A program made the translations under genes and the position numbers. Shown here in pieces: positions 38,261-49,509 of a stretch of DNA of 64,000 bases. How positions within the stretch are numbered: the first letter of the stretch is position 1; every line of letters begins with the position of its first letter. The DNA is from Octopus vulgaris (lineage: Eukaryota), in contig OX597831.1 of NCBI GenBank assembly GCA_951406725.2, positions 74,958,001-75,022,000 of the forward strand. The letters run 5' to 3'. The notes beneath the pieces are model-generated. The model had not been told where the DNA came from, did not search any database, and was given only the letters and a program-made list of their open reading frames with translations.

Positions 38261-38536
38261 TCACGTGACCGACCAGTCCATCAGATGTAGTTATACATCG
38301 CTGGTCACAATGCGTTCGCATTGTTTTAGCCTTCGAATGATGCCACCCCGCTGGCTGAGCGAGCAGGCCAACAGAAGAAAGAGTGGTGAAAGAGGGATCA
38401 CCACCCCCTGCCGGAGCCTCGTGGGGCTTTTAGGTGTTTTCGCTCAATAAACACTCACAACGCCCGGTCTGGGAATCGAAACCGTGATCCTACAACCACG
38501 AGTCCGCTGCCCTAACCATTGGGCCATTGCGCCTCC
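38261..38536 (-). mobile_element. tRNA-derived SINE family C with RTE-derived tail
   Basis: GGAGGCGCAATGGCCCAATGGTTAGGGCAGCGGACTCG head and GGTTTCGATTCCC B box; tail matches the RTE 3' end at 39026-39080. Confidence 0.88.
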
Positions 38537-39025
38537 ACACACACACACATACATATATATATACACGCACACACTCACACACACATGCATGCATATATTT
38601 GAGAGAGAAGTTATCTATCTTTTATATTTGGGTCCTCCTGCACTGTTAACGACTTTGAGTGCCAATCTCCCTTCTTTGAGTTTGGTTGGCTACTGTTTTT
38701 GCACACCCATTCCATATCACACTGACTGTTTTCAGGTTATCATAAAATGTCCACTGCTAAGAGGTGAATATATTTAATTAACAACTTGTCATATATATTT
38801 TCTACAACTCAATGACTTTTTATGGCTTATATACTCCTCATGAAATAATTTCAACAATCAGATCTGTTGGATATCAGCTGTGTGGGACTTATATTATACT
38901 CTTCTGTACTGGATTACTATGTGGTCTGTTAGCCAAGTCCATTAGAGGAGCTTTTTGTGATAGCCTCACAGTTCTGTGAATCCCTGTATTACACTACAAA
39001 TAAATATATTATATATATATATATA

Positions 39026-39817
39026 TCACCTTGACCGACCAGTCCGTCAGGCGTCCATTTGACACCACTGGTCACAGCACGCTGTCCACTCCTCTCTGGA
39101 TCGCGCCTTTCTCATCCACGTGATCCCAATCATCCTCCTGAAATCGTAACTCCACCGTCGTGGAGGTCTTCTGGGTGGTCTTTTTCGCTCATGCAGGTAC
39201 CACTCGACAACTGCGTGGGTCCACCGATTATTGGTTAGCCGGGCGACATGTCCAGCCCATCTATACTTGCTGCATGTATAGTCTGCGATGACATCTCTCA
39301 CGCCGGACTTCTTTCTGATGATCTCTCTACTGATGTGCTCTCTCAACGAGATACCAAGCATTGACCTTTCCATGGCTCTTTGGGCCGTTACCAGTCTCAG
39401 CTCTTCTCTCTTTGTGGTAGCCTATGTTTCACTACCATATAACATTGCAGGTAGAACTGCACTGTTAATGAGGTTGGCGCGGGTGGTCCTGTCCAACCTT
39501 CCCTTGAGCACATCCCTTATGCCATTAAACGCCTTCCATCCGGCCCTTACTCTCTGTGAGATTTCCTTTTCGATATCTCGGCACATATTCACTTCCTGTC
39601 CCAGGTAGACATATTCTCTTACCTCCTCTATTTCATCACTGCCGATCACCATTCGATCTGTTGGTACGTTGTCTGACCGCATGAACTTTGTTTTCATGTG
39701 GTTCATCTTGAGACCTACTGCAGAGCTTTTGATGTCGAGCTCCGTCAGCATGGTCTGAAGCTGATCCGTGTTTTCAGCGATGAGTACAATCGCTGAAAAC
39801 ACGGATCAGCTTCAGAC
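39026..39817 (-). mobile_element. RTE-1/BovB-like LINE, 5'-truncated, inserted in (TA)n
   Basis: ORFs 39422-39802 (VGLKMNHMKTK...EEVREYVYLGQ...AMLYGSET) and 39047-39373 (WAGHVAR...RPPRRPPRRW). Confidence 0.93.
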
Positions 39818-39864
39818 ATATATATATATATATATATACATACATATACATATTTATATTACGT

Positions 39865-40220
39865 TATATATGTGGCTGTATCGTAAGAAACTTGTTTCCC
39901 AACCATATGGTTCTAGGTTCAGTCCCAGTACGTGGCACCTTGGGCAAGCGTCTTCTGCTATAGCCTCAGGTTGACCAAAGCCTTGTGAGTGGATCTGGCT
40001 GGTGGAAACTGAAAGAAGCCCATCGTATGTGCGTGTGTGTGTCCCCACCTCACCACTACTTAACAACTGGTGTTAGTGTGTTTGCATCAATGTAGCCTAG
40101 TAGTTCAACAAAAGGGACCTGTAGAATGAGTACTGGGGGTCAAATCATTTGATTAAAGACTCTTCGAGGTGGTGCCCCTGCATGGCCACAGTCTGATAAT
40201 TGAAATAGGGTAAAAAATAG
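39865..40220 (+). mobile_element. SINE family B, diverged
   Basis: Family homology. Confidence 0.8.
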
Positions 40221-40784
40221 GATTCATATTTAGTTTGATATGGATATGTCTGTATTGACAGCTGTATACGAGTCAAGAACCTTTGGTTCAAAGCATTTTC
40301 AGGATTATTGATTTTTCCAAACCAAGGCTGACCACCTTTAAATTAAGCGAATATTTAATTTACTTAGATAATTAAATGAAATAAAGGCAGCCATACATTA
40401 GTAGAAACTAGGCTTGAGCAACCATTTTCGAGAAGTGGGTTGCATGGGACATGGCTAATCACTCGGTTGGTGACACTACTAAAAAAATTCAAGGTAGTTT
40501 TCTGTTCTGTGTGCCACTCAGAAAGTCCCATGTGCTGCAGGTTGCTTGTGATTGCAATAAAGTATACAAGTTTATTAATATTGTACTGTGGAAGGTACTG
40601 TGAGACAGTACCTTGCACTGTACTAGCCTGGCAGCTGTGGGAATCGGATGTTCCTGCTCATAAATTAGTGTGTGTGGATTATTGGAAGGTTCCAGACCGT
40701 CGTTGTCTGGAAACTTGGTGTTGTATCTGTAGATCTAAATTGATAACTATGCATATCCATCCATGTGTGTGTGACCATTGAAAA

Positions 40785-41395
40785 TATGCTGTGCTTGAGA
40801 AGACCTGGCAAGCCAAGTGAGGCCATAACCTGTGGCCAATGCCTGTGGTGTAACCAGCCCACTTATGTGTACCTTTCCTTCATTGGACACTAAACTTTGC
40901 TTGTGAAGACCTGTTGAGGCAAGTGAAATTGAAGCGATGACAGCACCGCATGACTGGTATCCGTGCGAGTGGAGCATTAAGAGCATCATCTGAGCATGAT
41001 CATTGCCAAGGCTGCTGACTGGCCCCCATGCCAGTGGCACGTAAAAAGCACCATTCAAGCATGATTGTTACCAGCGTCGCCTTACTGGCACTTGTGCCAG
41101 TAGCATGTAAAAAACAACATTCGAGCGAGGTCATCAGTGCCACTGGACTGGCTCCTGTTGCAGGTGATACATAAAAGACACCTTTGAGCATGGCCGTTGC
41201 CAGTTCTGCCTGACTGGCCCTCGTGCCTGTGGCACATAAAAGCACCCACTACACTCTTGAAATGGTTGGCGTTAGGAAGGGCATCCAGCTGTAGAAACTC
41301 TGCCAGATCAGATTGGAGCTTGGTGCAGCCATCTGGTTCGCCAGTCCCCAGTCAAACTCATGCCAGCATGGAAAGCGGGAGGAATGATGATGATA
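40785..41395 (+). mobile_element. RTE LINE 3' end with four-unit repeat array in the 3'UTR
   Basis: Homology to 30780-31335. Confidence 0.85.
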
Positions 41396-41428
41396 TATAT
41401 ATATATGTGTGTGTGTGTGTGCGTGTGT

Positions 41429-41791
41429 GGAGGCGTGATGGCCCAATAGTTAGGACAGCGGACTTGCAGTCGTAGGATCATGGTTTCGATTCCCTGACTG
41501 GGTGTTTTGTTTATTGAGTGAAAACACCTAAAGCTCCACGAGGCTTCAGCAGGCGGTCATGGCAAACCCTGCTGTACTCTTTCACCACAACTTTCTCTCA
41601 ATCTTTCTTCCTGTTTCTGTTGTACCTTTATTTTAAAGGGCCAGCCTTGTCACACTGAATCTCCCCAAGAACTACATTAAGGGTACACGTGTCTGTGGAG
41701 CGCTCAGCCACTTGCACATTCATTTCACAAGCAGGCTGTTCCGTTGATCGGATCAACTGGAACCCTTGTCATCATAACCGATGGAGTGCCA
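41429..41791 (+). mobile_element. SINE with family C head and tail X
   Basis: Head as in 43974-44160; tail as in 55660-55820. Confidence 0.85.
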
Positions 41792-41799
41792 CAATTATG

Positions 41800-42695
41800 T
41801 GTGTGTGTATGGCTGGGCAAATTTCAGAGAGCTACTACTTTGGTTGATAACAAAGGGTCCCTCCCTTTGAGTAAAAGGCAGATTGTATGATGTCTTTATG
41901 CAGACAGTTATGCTATATGGCAGCGAGACATAGACAGTGACTACTGAGGACATGCGAAGGCTTGGAAGAAATGAAGCCAGCATGCTCTGATGGATGGGTA
42001 ATGTCAGTGTGCATGTACCACAAAGTGTAAAGGATTTGAAAGAAAAATTGGGTATACTAGGCATCAGATGTTACATGTAAGAGAGAAGACTGTGCTGGTA
42101 TGGTCATGTGATGCATATGGCTGAGGGCAACTGAATAAAGAGGTGCTGATTTATAATTGTGGAAGAGATGGACCCAGGAAGATGTGAGATGAAGTGGTGA
42201 GAAAGGATCTTCAAATGTTGGGCCTCACTGAGGAGATGACAAGCGACCGAAACATCTGGCGATTTGCTGTGCTTGGGAAGATGTTTTGAGCTAAGTAGAA
42301 TTGTGGCTATCCATGCATTCAGACATGTTCTTTATGATCATGGCTTCCCCCGCCTGTCGTCTCAGCTATGAGATGCAGGTTCGTGGGTGTTTGTGTCACA
42401 TGAAATGCACCTGTTTCAGTGTCACAAAAAAAAAATACCTGAGCCAGTGTCGCATAAAAGAGCACCCATGCTGATGCCATGTAGTAAAGCAGCCATGCTG
42501 GTGCTCCATATGAAGCACCCATTCCACTGCCACTTGAAACACACTCGGTACATTCTGTAAGTTGGCATTAGGAAGGGCATCCAGCCATAGAAACCATGCA
42601 AAAAAAGACAATTAGAGCTTGGGCAGGTCCCTGGCTGGTCAGCTCCTGTCAAACTGTCCAACCCATGCCAGCATGGAAAATAGATGTTAAATGAC
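41800..42695 (+). mobile_element. RTE LINE 3' fragment (decayed ORF plus UTR)
   Basis: Homologous to the reverse complement of 21155-22110. Confidence 0.85.
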
Positions 42696-42702
42696 TAATG
42701 GT

Positions 42703-42740
<38 letters not shown>

Positions 42741-42741
<1 letters not shown>

Positions 42742-42931
42742 ATATACTTTGATACTTTGATAGGTTTCGGCCATTATTGGCCCAGGCCATGTCCAACTTA
42801 ATAGCACCACCTGGTAAAATAATGTTGGGATCCCGGACGAGCCCCAACATTATTTTACCAGGTGGTGCTATTAAGTTGGACATGGCCTGGGCCAATAATG
42901 GCCGAAACCTATCAAAGTATCAAAGTATATA
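42741..42931. repeat. Perfect inverted repeat: 89-bp arms, 13-nt loop
   Basis: 42741-42829 is the exact reverse complement of 42843-42931, which is why the ORF track gives the same peptide on both strands. Confidence 0.95.
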
Positions 42932-42944
42932 TACACACACACAC

Positions 42945-43133
42945 TGTGCCGGTGGCACGTAAAAAGCACCCACTACACTCGCGGAGTGGTTGGCGTTAGG
43001 AAGGGCATCCAGCTGTAGAAACACTGCCAGATCAGACTGGAGCCTGGTGCAGCCCCTGGCTTCCCAGACCCCGGTCGAACCGTCCAACCCATGCTAGCAC
43101 GGAAAACGGACGTTAAACGATGATGATGATGAT
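42945..43133 (+). mobile_element. Short RTE 3'UTR-derived element (one repeat unit plus tail)
   Basis: GTGCCGGTGGCACGTAAAAAGCACC...GGCATCCAGCTGTAGAAAC...(GAT)n. Confidence 0.85.
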
Positions 43134-43755
43134 ATATATAGATAGATATATGTGTGTATATATTCTGATCCCCATCCCTTGTAAGTATGCCCAGTATTTT
43201 GCCACCATCTCTATCCTGTTGTCTCCCTACTCTCTCTCTCTCTCCCGCACTTCCCTCAGGTTGGGTGACCGTGTATTTCCTTTGCAGTAGTGCACCTGTC
43301 TCTGTCTTCGTACCAAATTTCTCTTCCTCTCTCTCCATTTGGGTAACCTTGTACTTCCTCTACAACAAGACACCTGTTTTCATCTCTGTGTCTCACTATA
43401 ACCTTTCATCATCCAACACAAGATCTCTCCTCACCTCTTGAGGGTTTCTTTTTTTTGTCTTGTGAGTACTTGGTGACCCTGTTGGCGTAGGTGCCACTTA
43501 AAAGCACCCAGCCCACACTGTAAAGTGGTTGGCATTTGGAAGGGCATCCAGCTGTAAAAACCTTGCCTAAACTGACCTCACCTGTGCTTGTGCCACATAA
43601 AAAAACATCAAGTCCACTCTGCTGAGTGGTTGGTGTTAGGAAGGGCCCCACCTGTAAAAATCCTGCCAAAACAGTCACAGAAGTCTGGTGCAGACTCTTG
43701 TGAAACCGTCCCACCCATGCTAGCATAGAAGGCTGACGTTAAATGATGATGTATA

Positions 43756-43962
43756 CAGGGTTGGCCAAAACTCCCCAAAAGTAACTAAAAATACTTAAAA
43801 TTCAATTTTATTTATTGATTTGGAAAAACGGTGTCACTCAAGAAGGACTTCACTTTGAACACTTTTCCTGATGCTTTTAATTCATTCATTCAGTTGTTAA
43901 ACAAATAAATCTTGGAATTAAATGGCTTTGATTTACTGTCAGGTGACTTTGGGTCCACCTTA
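43756..43962. mobile_element. Old Tc1/mariner-type MITE
   Basis: TA|CAGGGTTGGCCAAAA...TTTGGGTCCACCT-TATA degenerate TIRs. Confidence 0.5.
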
Positions 43963-43973
43963 TATATATGTGT

Positions 43974-44280
43974 GGAGGCGCAATGGCTCAGTGGTTAGGG
44001 CAGCAGACTCGCAGTCGTAGGAACGTGGTTTCAATTCCCAGACTGGGCGTTGGGAGTGTTCATTGAGCGAAAACACCTAAAGCACAACGAGGCTCCGGCA
44101 GGGGGGGGGGGCATCCCTGCTGTACACTTTCACCGCAACTTTCTCTCACTTTCTCTTCTGTTGGCCTGCTTGCTTAGCCAGCAGGGTGGCGTCATTTGAA
44201 GGCTAAAACAATGCGAAGTGCAATGTGACCAGCCATATGTAGCAACATCTGATAGCCTGGTCGGACACGTGGTCACGTGA
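43974..44280 (+). mobile_element. SINE family C with RTE-derived tail, inserted in (TA)n
   Basis: Homologous to 38261-38536. Confidence 0.88.
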
Positions 44281-44426
44281 TATATATATATATTTCAATA
44301 CAGAGCAAATAATTCAGGAGAAAATATTTGCAAAGATATCATTGACTCTTATTATCTAGTGTAACAATTTTAAAATAACAGATTCAATAATATAGGCAAT
44401 TGCAGGCCCCAAAAAAGGCATTAAAT

Positions 44427-44622
44427 AGCTGAAGGATTAAAATTAATCAAAGGACATAATTAGTATGTCTACCTGCTGGAAATAAGTCAAAACTCTGCCT
44501 TCGGACAGTTGATTTTTGTAGTTATTATCAGTGTATTTTGGTGATTTAAATAAGTTTTCACTGTAATTTCCAGCAGGTAGACATACTTAGATTGCCTTTT
44601 GATTAATTTCAATCCTTCAGCT
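44427..44622. repeat. Imperfect inverted repeat (~68-bp arms, ~58-bp spacer)
   Basis: AGCTGAAGGATTAAAATTAATCAAAGG...AGTATGTCTACCTGCTGGAAAT is complementary to ATTTCCAGCAGGTAGACATACT...CCTTTTGATTAATTTCAATCCTTCAGCT. Confidence 0.85.
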
Positions 44623-45204
44623 GTGTGTGTGTGTGCAGACATGGCTATGTGGTAAGAGGTTTGTCTCCCAACCACATGCTTCTGGGTTCAGTCCCATTGC
44701 ATGGCACCTTGAGTGTATTATGCTATAGTGGTCAACTAAAGCCTTGTGAGTGGATTTGGTAGACAGAAACTGAAAGAAGTCTATTCTACATATATGTATT
44801 TGTATGTTACTGGCTCTTAACTTTGACATCACCTGATAGTTGTAAACAAGTGTCACCACCATGCAAGTGGTGTCCATTTCCAGTATTCTGTGAAAACATG
44901 TCTGGTCATTTGGGAAATATCACCATACATGGAAACAGGCATGGGTTGGGGACAGGAAGGGCATCCGATCATAGAAAATCTACAACAAAATTCTTTAACC
45001 TATGTGAGCATGGAAAAGTGGACATTAAAATGTTTGTCTGTCTGTCTGTCACTATCTGTACCACTGTCTGTGTGACTGCGTGCGTATCTGTCTGTCCTTC
45101 TGTCTACCTCCCCGTCTATCTGCCTATCTACCTCTCCGTTTATCTGTCTGTCTACCTCTCTGTCTATCCATCTGCCTACCTCTCCATTTATCTATCTATC
45201 CAGT

Positions 45205-46480
45205 CAAGTTGCTCTGGGCTGGTTTGGTCCAGACCTCCAAACAGAGAAGAACTGGGGTGAAATAACAAGTAGGGTGGCCACTCTCGCCCGGCAGTGGACT
45301 GAGACGAAGCTGTCCCTAAAAGGTCGGGCGGAGGTGGCGAATGCGTACATCACGTCCATCATCTACTGTCTTACTGTTGTGCCTTGACCCAACCCTACCA
45401 TCACCAAACTGGAATGCAACCTCTTCTGCTTCTTGTTTGCTGCCAACATCCACTAAAAGGAGGGCTGGGCATGCCATCGTTAATGATGCGCAGACATCTC
45501 CGGCTCTATATAGATGACGGTGAACAGGTGTGGTCACTGTGAGGTGTGCTTTCCTGCAGCTTGTCTCCATGACCGAACTGCAGTCGTGGATCAAGAAGAG
45601 GCCAAGGAAGGGGGAATGGCATCACAGGTGTTGCATTGCTCTCGAGCAACTCTGCCAACCTGGGTGGACCTTGAGCAACTGCATCACTATGAAAGCATTC
45701 TATAGGAGATTAGTGGAGGGGAGGTATGATGATGACCTCGGGGAGAATCTGGGTGTCAATGGGAAATATCTGACCCACCTGTTCAAGACAACTTTCGGGT
45801 CGGAACCTATGGAAACTTCCAGAGATCCTTGGCCTGGCAGTGCTATCGAGAAGTGCTACCTGATGAGGATAAGCTCTACAGGCATGGCTCCAGAAACACT
45901 AGGCTGACCTGCCCAAGATGCGGTCAGAGCGACAAAACCATTCTGCATGCATTCATGCAGTGTCCAACCATTTCCGACCTGTGGGCTTATGTCAAATAAC
46001 TGCTGTCGCATGTGGGACGTGTCAGTATATCAACCGAGTCTATTGGGAATATTGTCATGCCTCCTTCCTTCAAACGGGAAAGAAGAGCCATTTTCATCGT
46101 ACTTGTGGCTATGGCAAAAGAATGTGTATGGTGGACGCATCTGAAAGGTCTAGAGACAAACACTTTCCTCTCTGGTCAATCTCTCATCAACTTCTTCAAG
46201 TATCACTTGAAAAGGAAGGTGAGAGTAGAGAGGGAAGTTTGTCTAGTGAATGTCGCAAGGATGGCAGGTGTGAATGATGGAGCCACCTTGAGCATAATCC
46301 TATGAACCAGAAAAGGAAGGAAAAAGAAAATAACTTACTCTAATCTGTTTTCGTATTACACTGATGCACAAGGTTACCGTAGTCTTTTCGTAGGTTTTTC
46401 TTTCCCTGGTCAAACCTCCCCACTTTTGGGAACTCTGCTTTTTACACTCGTTTCGAAATCGTTTGGCACTCACAAAAATT
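45205..46480 (+). mobile_element. L1/Tx1-clade LINE 3' fragment
   Basis: Translates to KLSLKGRAEVANAYI and, from 45901, RLTCPRCGQSDKTILHAFMQCPTISDLW (C-terminal zinc knuckle of Tx1/L1 ORF2); frameshifted. Confidence 0.85.
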
Positions 46481-46664
46481 TGCATGCATAGAGAGAGAGA
46501 GAGAGAGAGACGGAGATAGACAGAGAGAGAGAGAGAGATGGAGGTAGACAGAGAGAGAGATATGGAGGTAGACAGAGAGAGACAAAGATAGGCACAGAGA
46601 GAGAGAGAGATGAAGATACACCAAGAGAGAGAATGAGGTAGATAGAGAGAGAGGTAGATGGTCA

Positions 46665-46850
46665 GAGAGAGTGCTAGATGGACAGAGAGAGCGCTAGATG
46701 GACAGAGAGAGCGCTAGATGGACAGAGAGAGTGCTAGATGGACAGAGAGAGCGCTAGATGGACAGAGAGAGCGCTAGATGGACAGAGAGAGCACTAGATG
46801 GACAGAGAAAGCGCTAGATGGACAGAGAGAGCACTAGATGGACAGAGAGA
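46665..46850 (+). repeat. 20-bp tandem repeat (GAGAGAGCGCTAGATGGACA) x ~9
   Basis: Seen directly. Confidence 0.93.
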
Positions 46851-46890
46851 GGTAGACATTTAGACAGAAAGGTAGAGAAATGGAGAGGTA

Positions 46891-48172
46891 GAGAGACCGG
46901 TAAGTGGAGAGGTGGTAGAGAGACTGGTAAGTGGAGAGGTGGTAGAGAGACTGGTAAGTGGAGAGGTGGTAGAGAGACTGGTAAGTGGAGAGGTGGTAGA
47001 GAGACTGGTAAGTGGAGATGTGGTAGAGAGACTGGTAAGTGGAGAGGTGGTAGAGAGACTGGTAAGTGGAGAGGTGGTAGAGAGACTGGTAAGTGGAGAG
47101 GTGGTAGAGAGACTGGTAAGTGGAGAGGTGGTAGAGAGACTGGTAAGTGGAGAGGTGGTAGAGAGACTGGTAAGTGGAGAGGTGGTAGAGAGACTGGTAA
47201 GTGGAGAGGTGGTAGAGAGACTGGTAAGTGGAGAGGTGGTAGAGAGACTGGTAAGTGGAGAGGTGGTAGAGAGACTGGTAAGTGGAGAGGTGGTAGAGAG
47301 ACCGGTAAGTGGAGAGGTGGTAGAGAGACTGGTAAGTGGAGAGGTGGTAGAGAGACTGGTAAGTGGAGAGGTGGTAGAGAGACTGGTAAGTGGAGAGGTG
47401 GTAGAGAGACTGGTAAGTGGAGAGGTGGTAGAGAGACTGGTAAGTGGAGAGGTGGTAGAGAGACTGGTAAGTGGAGAGGTGGTAGAGAGACTGGTAAGTG
47501 GAGAGGTGGTAGAGAGACTGGTAAGTGGAGAGGTGGTAGAGAGACTGGTAAGTGGAGAGGTGGTAGAGAGACTGGTAAGTGGAGAGGTGGTAGAGAGACT
47601 GGTAAGTGGAGAGGTGGTAGAGAGACTGGTAAGTGGAGAGGTGGTAGAGAGACTGGTAGAGACCGGTAAGTGGAGAGGTGGTAGAGAGACCGGTAAGTGG
47701 AGAGGTGGTAGAGAGACTGGTAAGTGGAGAGGTGGTAGAGAGACTGGTAAGTGGAGAGGTGGTAGAGAGACTGGTAAGTGGAGAGGTGGTAGAGAGACTG
47801 GTAAGTGGAGAGGTGGTAGAGACTGGTAAGTGGAGAGGTGGTAGAGAGACTGGTAAGTGGAGAGGTGGTAGAGAGACTGGTAAGTGGAGAGGTGGTAGAG
47901 AGACTGGTAAGTGGAGAGGTGGAGAGGTGGTAGAGAGACTGGTAAGTGGAGAGGTGGTAGAGAGACTGGTAAGTGGAGAGGTGGTAGAGAGACTGGTAAG
48001 TGGAGAGGTGGTAGAGAGACTGGTAAGTGGAGAGGTGGTAGAGAGACTGGTAAGTGGAGAGGTGGTAGAGAGACTGGTAAGTGGAGAGGTGGTAGAGAGA
48101 CTGGTAAGTGGAGAGGTGGTAGAGAGACTGGTAAGTGGAGAGGTGGTAGAGAGACCGGTAAGTGGAGAGGTA
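46891..48172 (+). repeat. 27-bp minisatellite (GAGAGACTGGTAAGTGGAGAGGTGGTA) x ~47, highly homogeneous
   Basis: Seen directly; gives 9-aa periodic ORFs on both strands. Confidence 0.98.
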
Positions 48173-48388
48173 GAGGGACATATGGAGAGACAGAGAGATA
48201 TATGGAAAGGTAGATAGATAGATAAATGAAATAGACAGATGATCAGATAGAGGTAGATAGATAAATGGAAAGGTAGATAGATTTTTTTTTTTAGCTACCC
48301 AGAGTGGACAATACAATTTAGAGTTTTTCTTTTTGAAGTGGGGCGAAAACAAACAAAAATAAAAATAGGGACAACGATCAAAAGGGAT

Positions 48389-48712
48389 CTCTCTACCTCT
48401 CTCTTTCTATCTACCCCTCTCTCTATCTACCCCTCTCTCTCTCTCTCCCTCTCTCTCTCTCTACCTCTCTCTCTCTCTACCTCTCTCTCTATCTACCTCT
48501 CTCTATCTACATGTCTCTCTATCTACCTCTCTCTCTATCTACCTGTCTCTCTATCTACTTCTCTCTCTATCTACCTCTCTCTCTATCTACCTCTCTCTAT
48601 CTACCTCTCTCTCTATCTACCTCTCTCTCTATCTACATGTCTCTCTATCTACCTGTCTCTCTATCTACCTGTCTCTCTATCTACTTCTCTCTCTCCTTCT
48701 CCTCTCTCTCTA
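48389..48712 (+). repeat. Pyrimidine-rich (CTCTCTATCTAC)n degenerate repeat
   Basis: Seen directly. Confidence 0.9.
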
Positions 48713-49097
48713 TCATATTTTGTTTCAGCTTCCAATGTCAACGTACCAGTGTCTACATGTAAATGAATTTCTGTGTGTGTGTATTTAAGAGCATCTCTCT
48801 GTATATACACGTGTGGCTGAGATCATTAATATTTTCAGTTTCCTTCCTTAATCTATCCCTACCCCCCATCCCAATCTCCCCCTCCTCCTCCCCAATCTGG
48901 TTCTATTTACAATTTCTCACTTCACACAACTGTCAAAACACTAGAAATCACAAAGATTAGATATTTTATAAATTACCTTTTTTTTTTCCAGTGTTTTAAT
49001 TTTTTATTTTCTTTACAATTGATAGATGTACATTAAATATTATAATAATAATAATAACAATAACAATAATAACAATAGCGATAATAATAATAATAAT

Positions 49098-49299
49098 TCT
49101 CTTTACTCTTTTACTTGTTTCAGTCATTTGACTGCGGCCATGCTGGAGCACCGCCTTTAATCGAGCAACTTGACCCCGGGACTTATTCTTTTGTAAGCCC
49201 AGTACTTATTCTATCGGTCTCTTTTGCCGAACCGCTAAGTAACGGGGACATAAACACACTAGCATCAGTTGTCAAGCAATGCTAGGAGGACAAACACAG

Positions 49300-49347
<48 letters not shown>

Positions 49348-49509
49348 GACAGGCTTCTTCAGTTTCCGTCTACCAAATCCACTCACAAGGCTTTGGTCGG
49401 CCCAAGGCTATAGTAGAAGACACTTGCCCAAGGTGCCACGCAGTGGGACTGAACCCGGAACCATGTGGTTGGTAAGCAAGCTACTTACCACACAGCCACT
49501 CCTGCGCCT
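49098..49509 (-). mobile_element. SINE family B, full length
   Basis: Family homology. Confidence 0.92.

Noticed and set aside
40440-40781. 113-aa Cys-rich ORF in unique sequence
   Set aside because: Non-ATG start, no recognisable domain and no convincing splice boundaries
41020-41250. CRISPR-like array (palindromic repeat plus spacers)
   Set aside because: The spacers are homologous to each other, the array is part of an RTE 3'UTR, the context is eukaryotic and there are no cas genes
42695-42962. Same peptide MAQAMSNLIAPPGKIMLG on both strands
   Set aside because: A consequence of the perfect palindrome, not a gene
43974-44050. tRNA gene
   Set aside because: tRNA-like A/B boxes are the head of a multi-copy SINE and continue into SINE body; no proper acceptor stem
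46814-48352. Long ORFs of 512, 305 and 283 aa
   Set aside because: Products of the 27-bp minisatellite; stop-free frames occur on both strands and there is no unique domain
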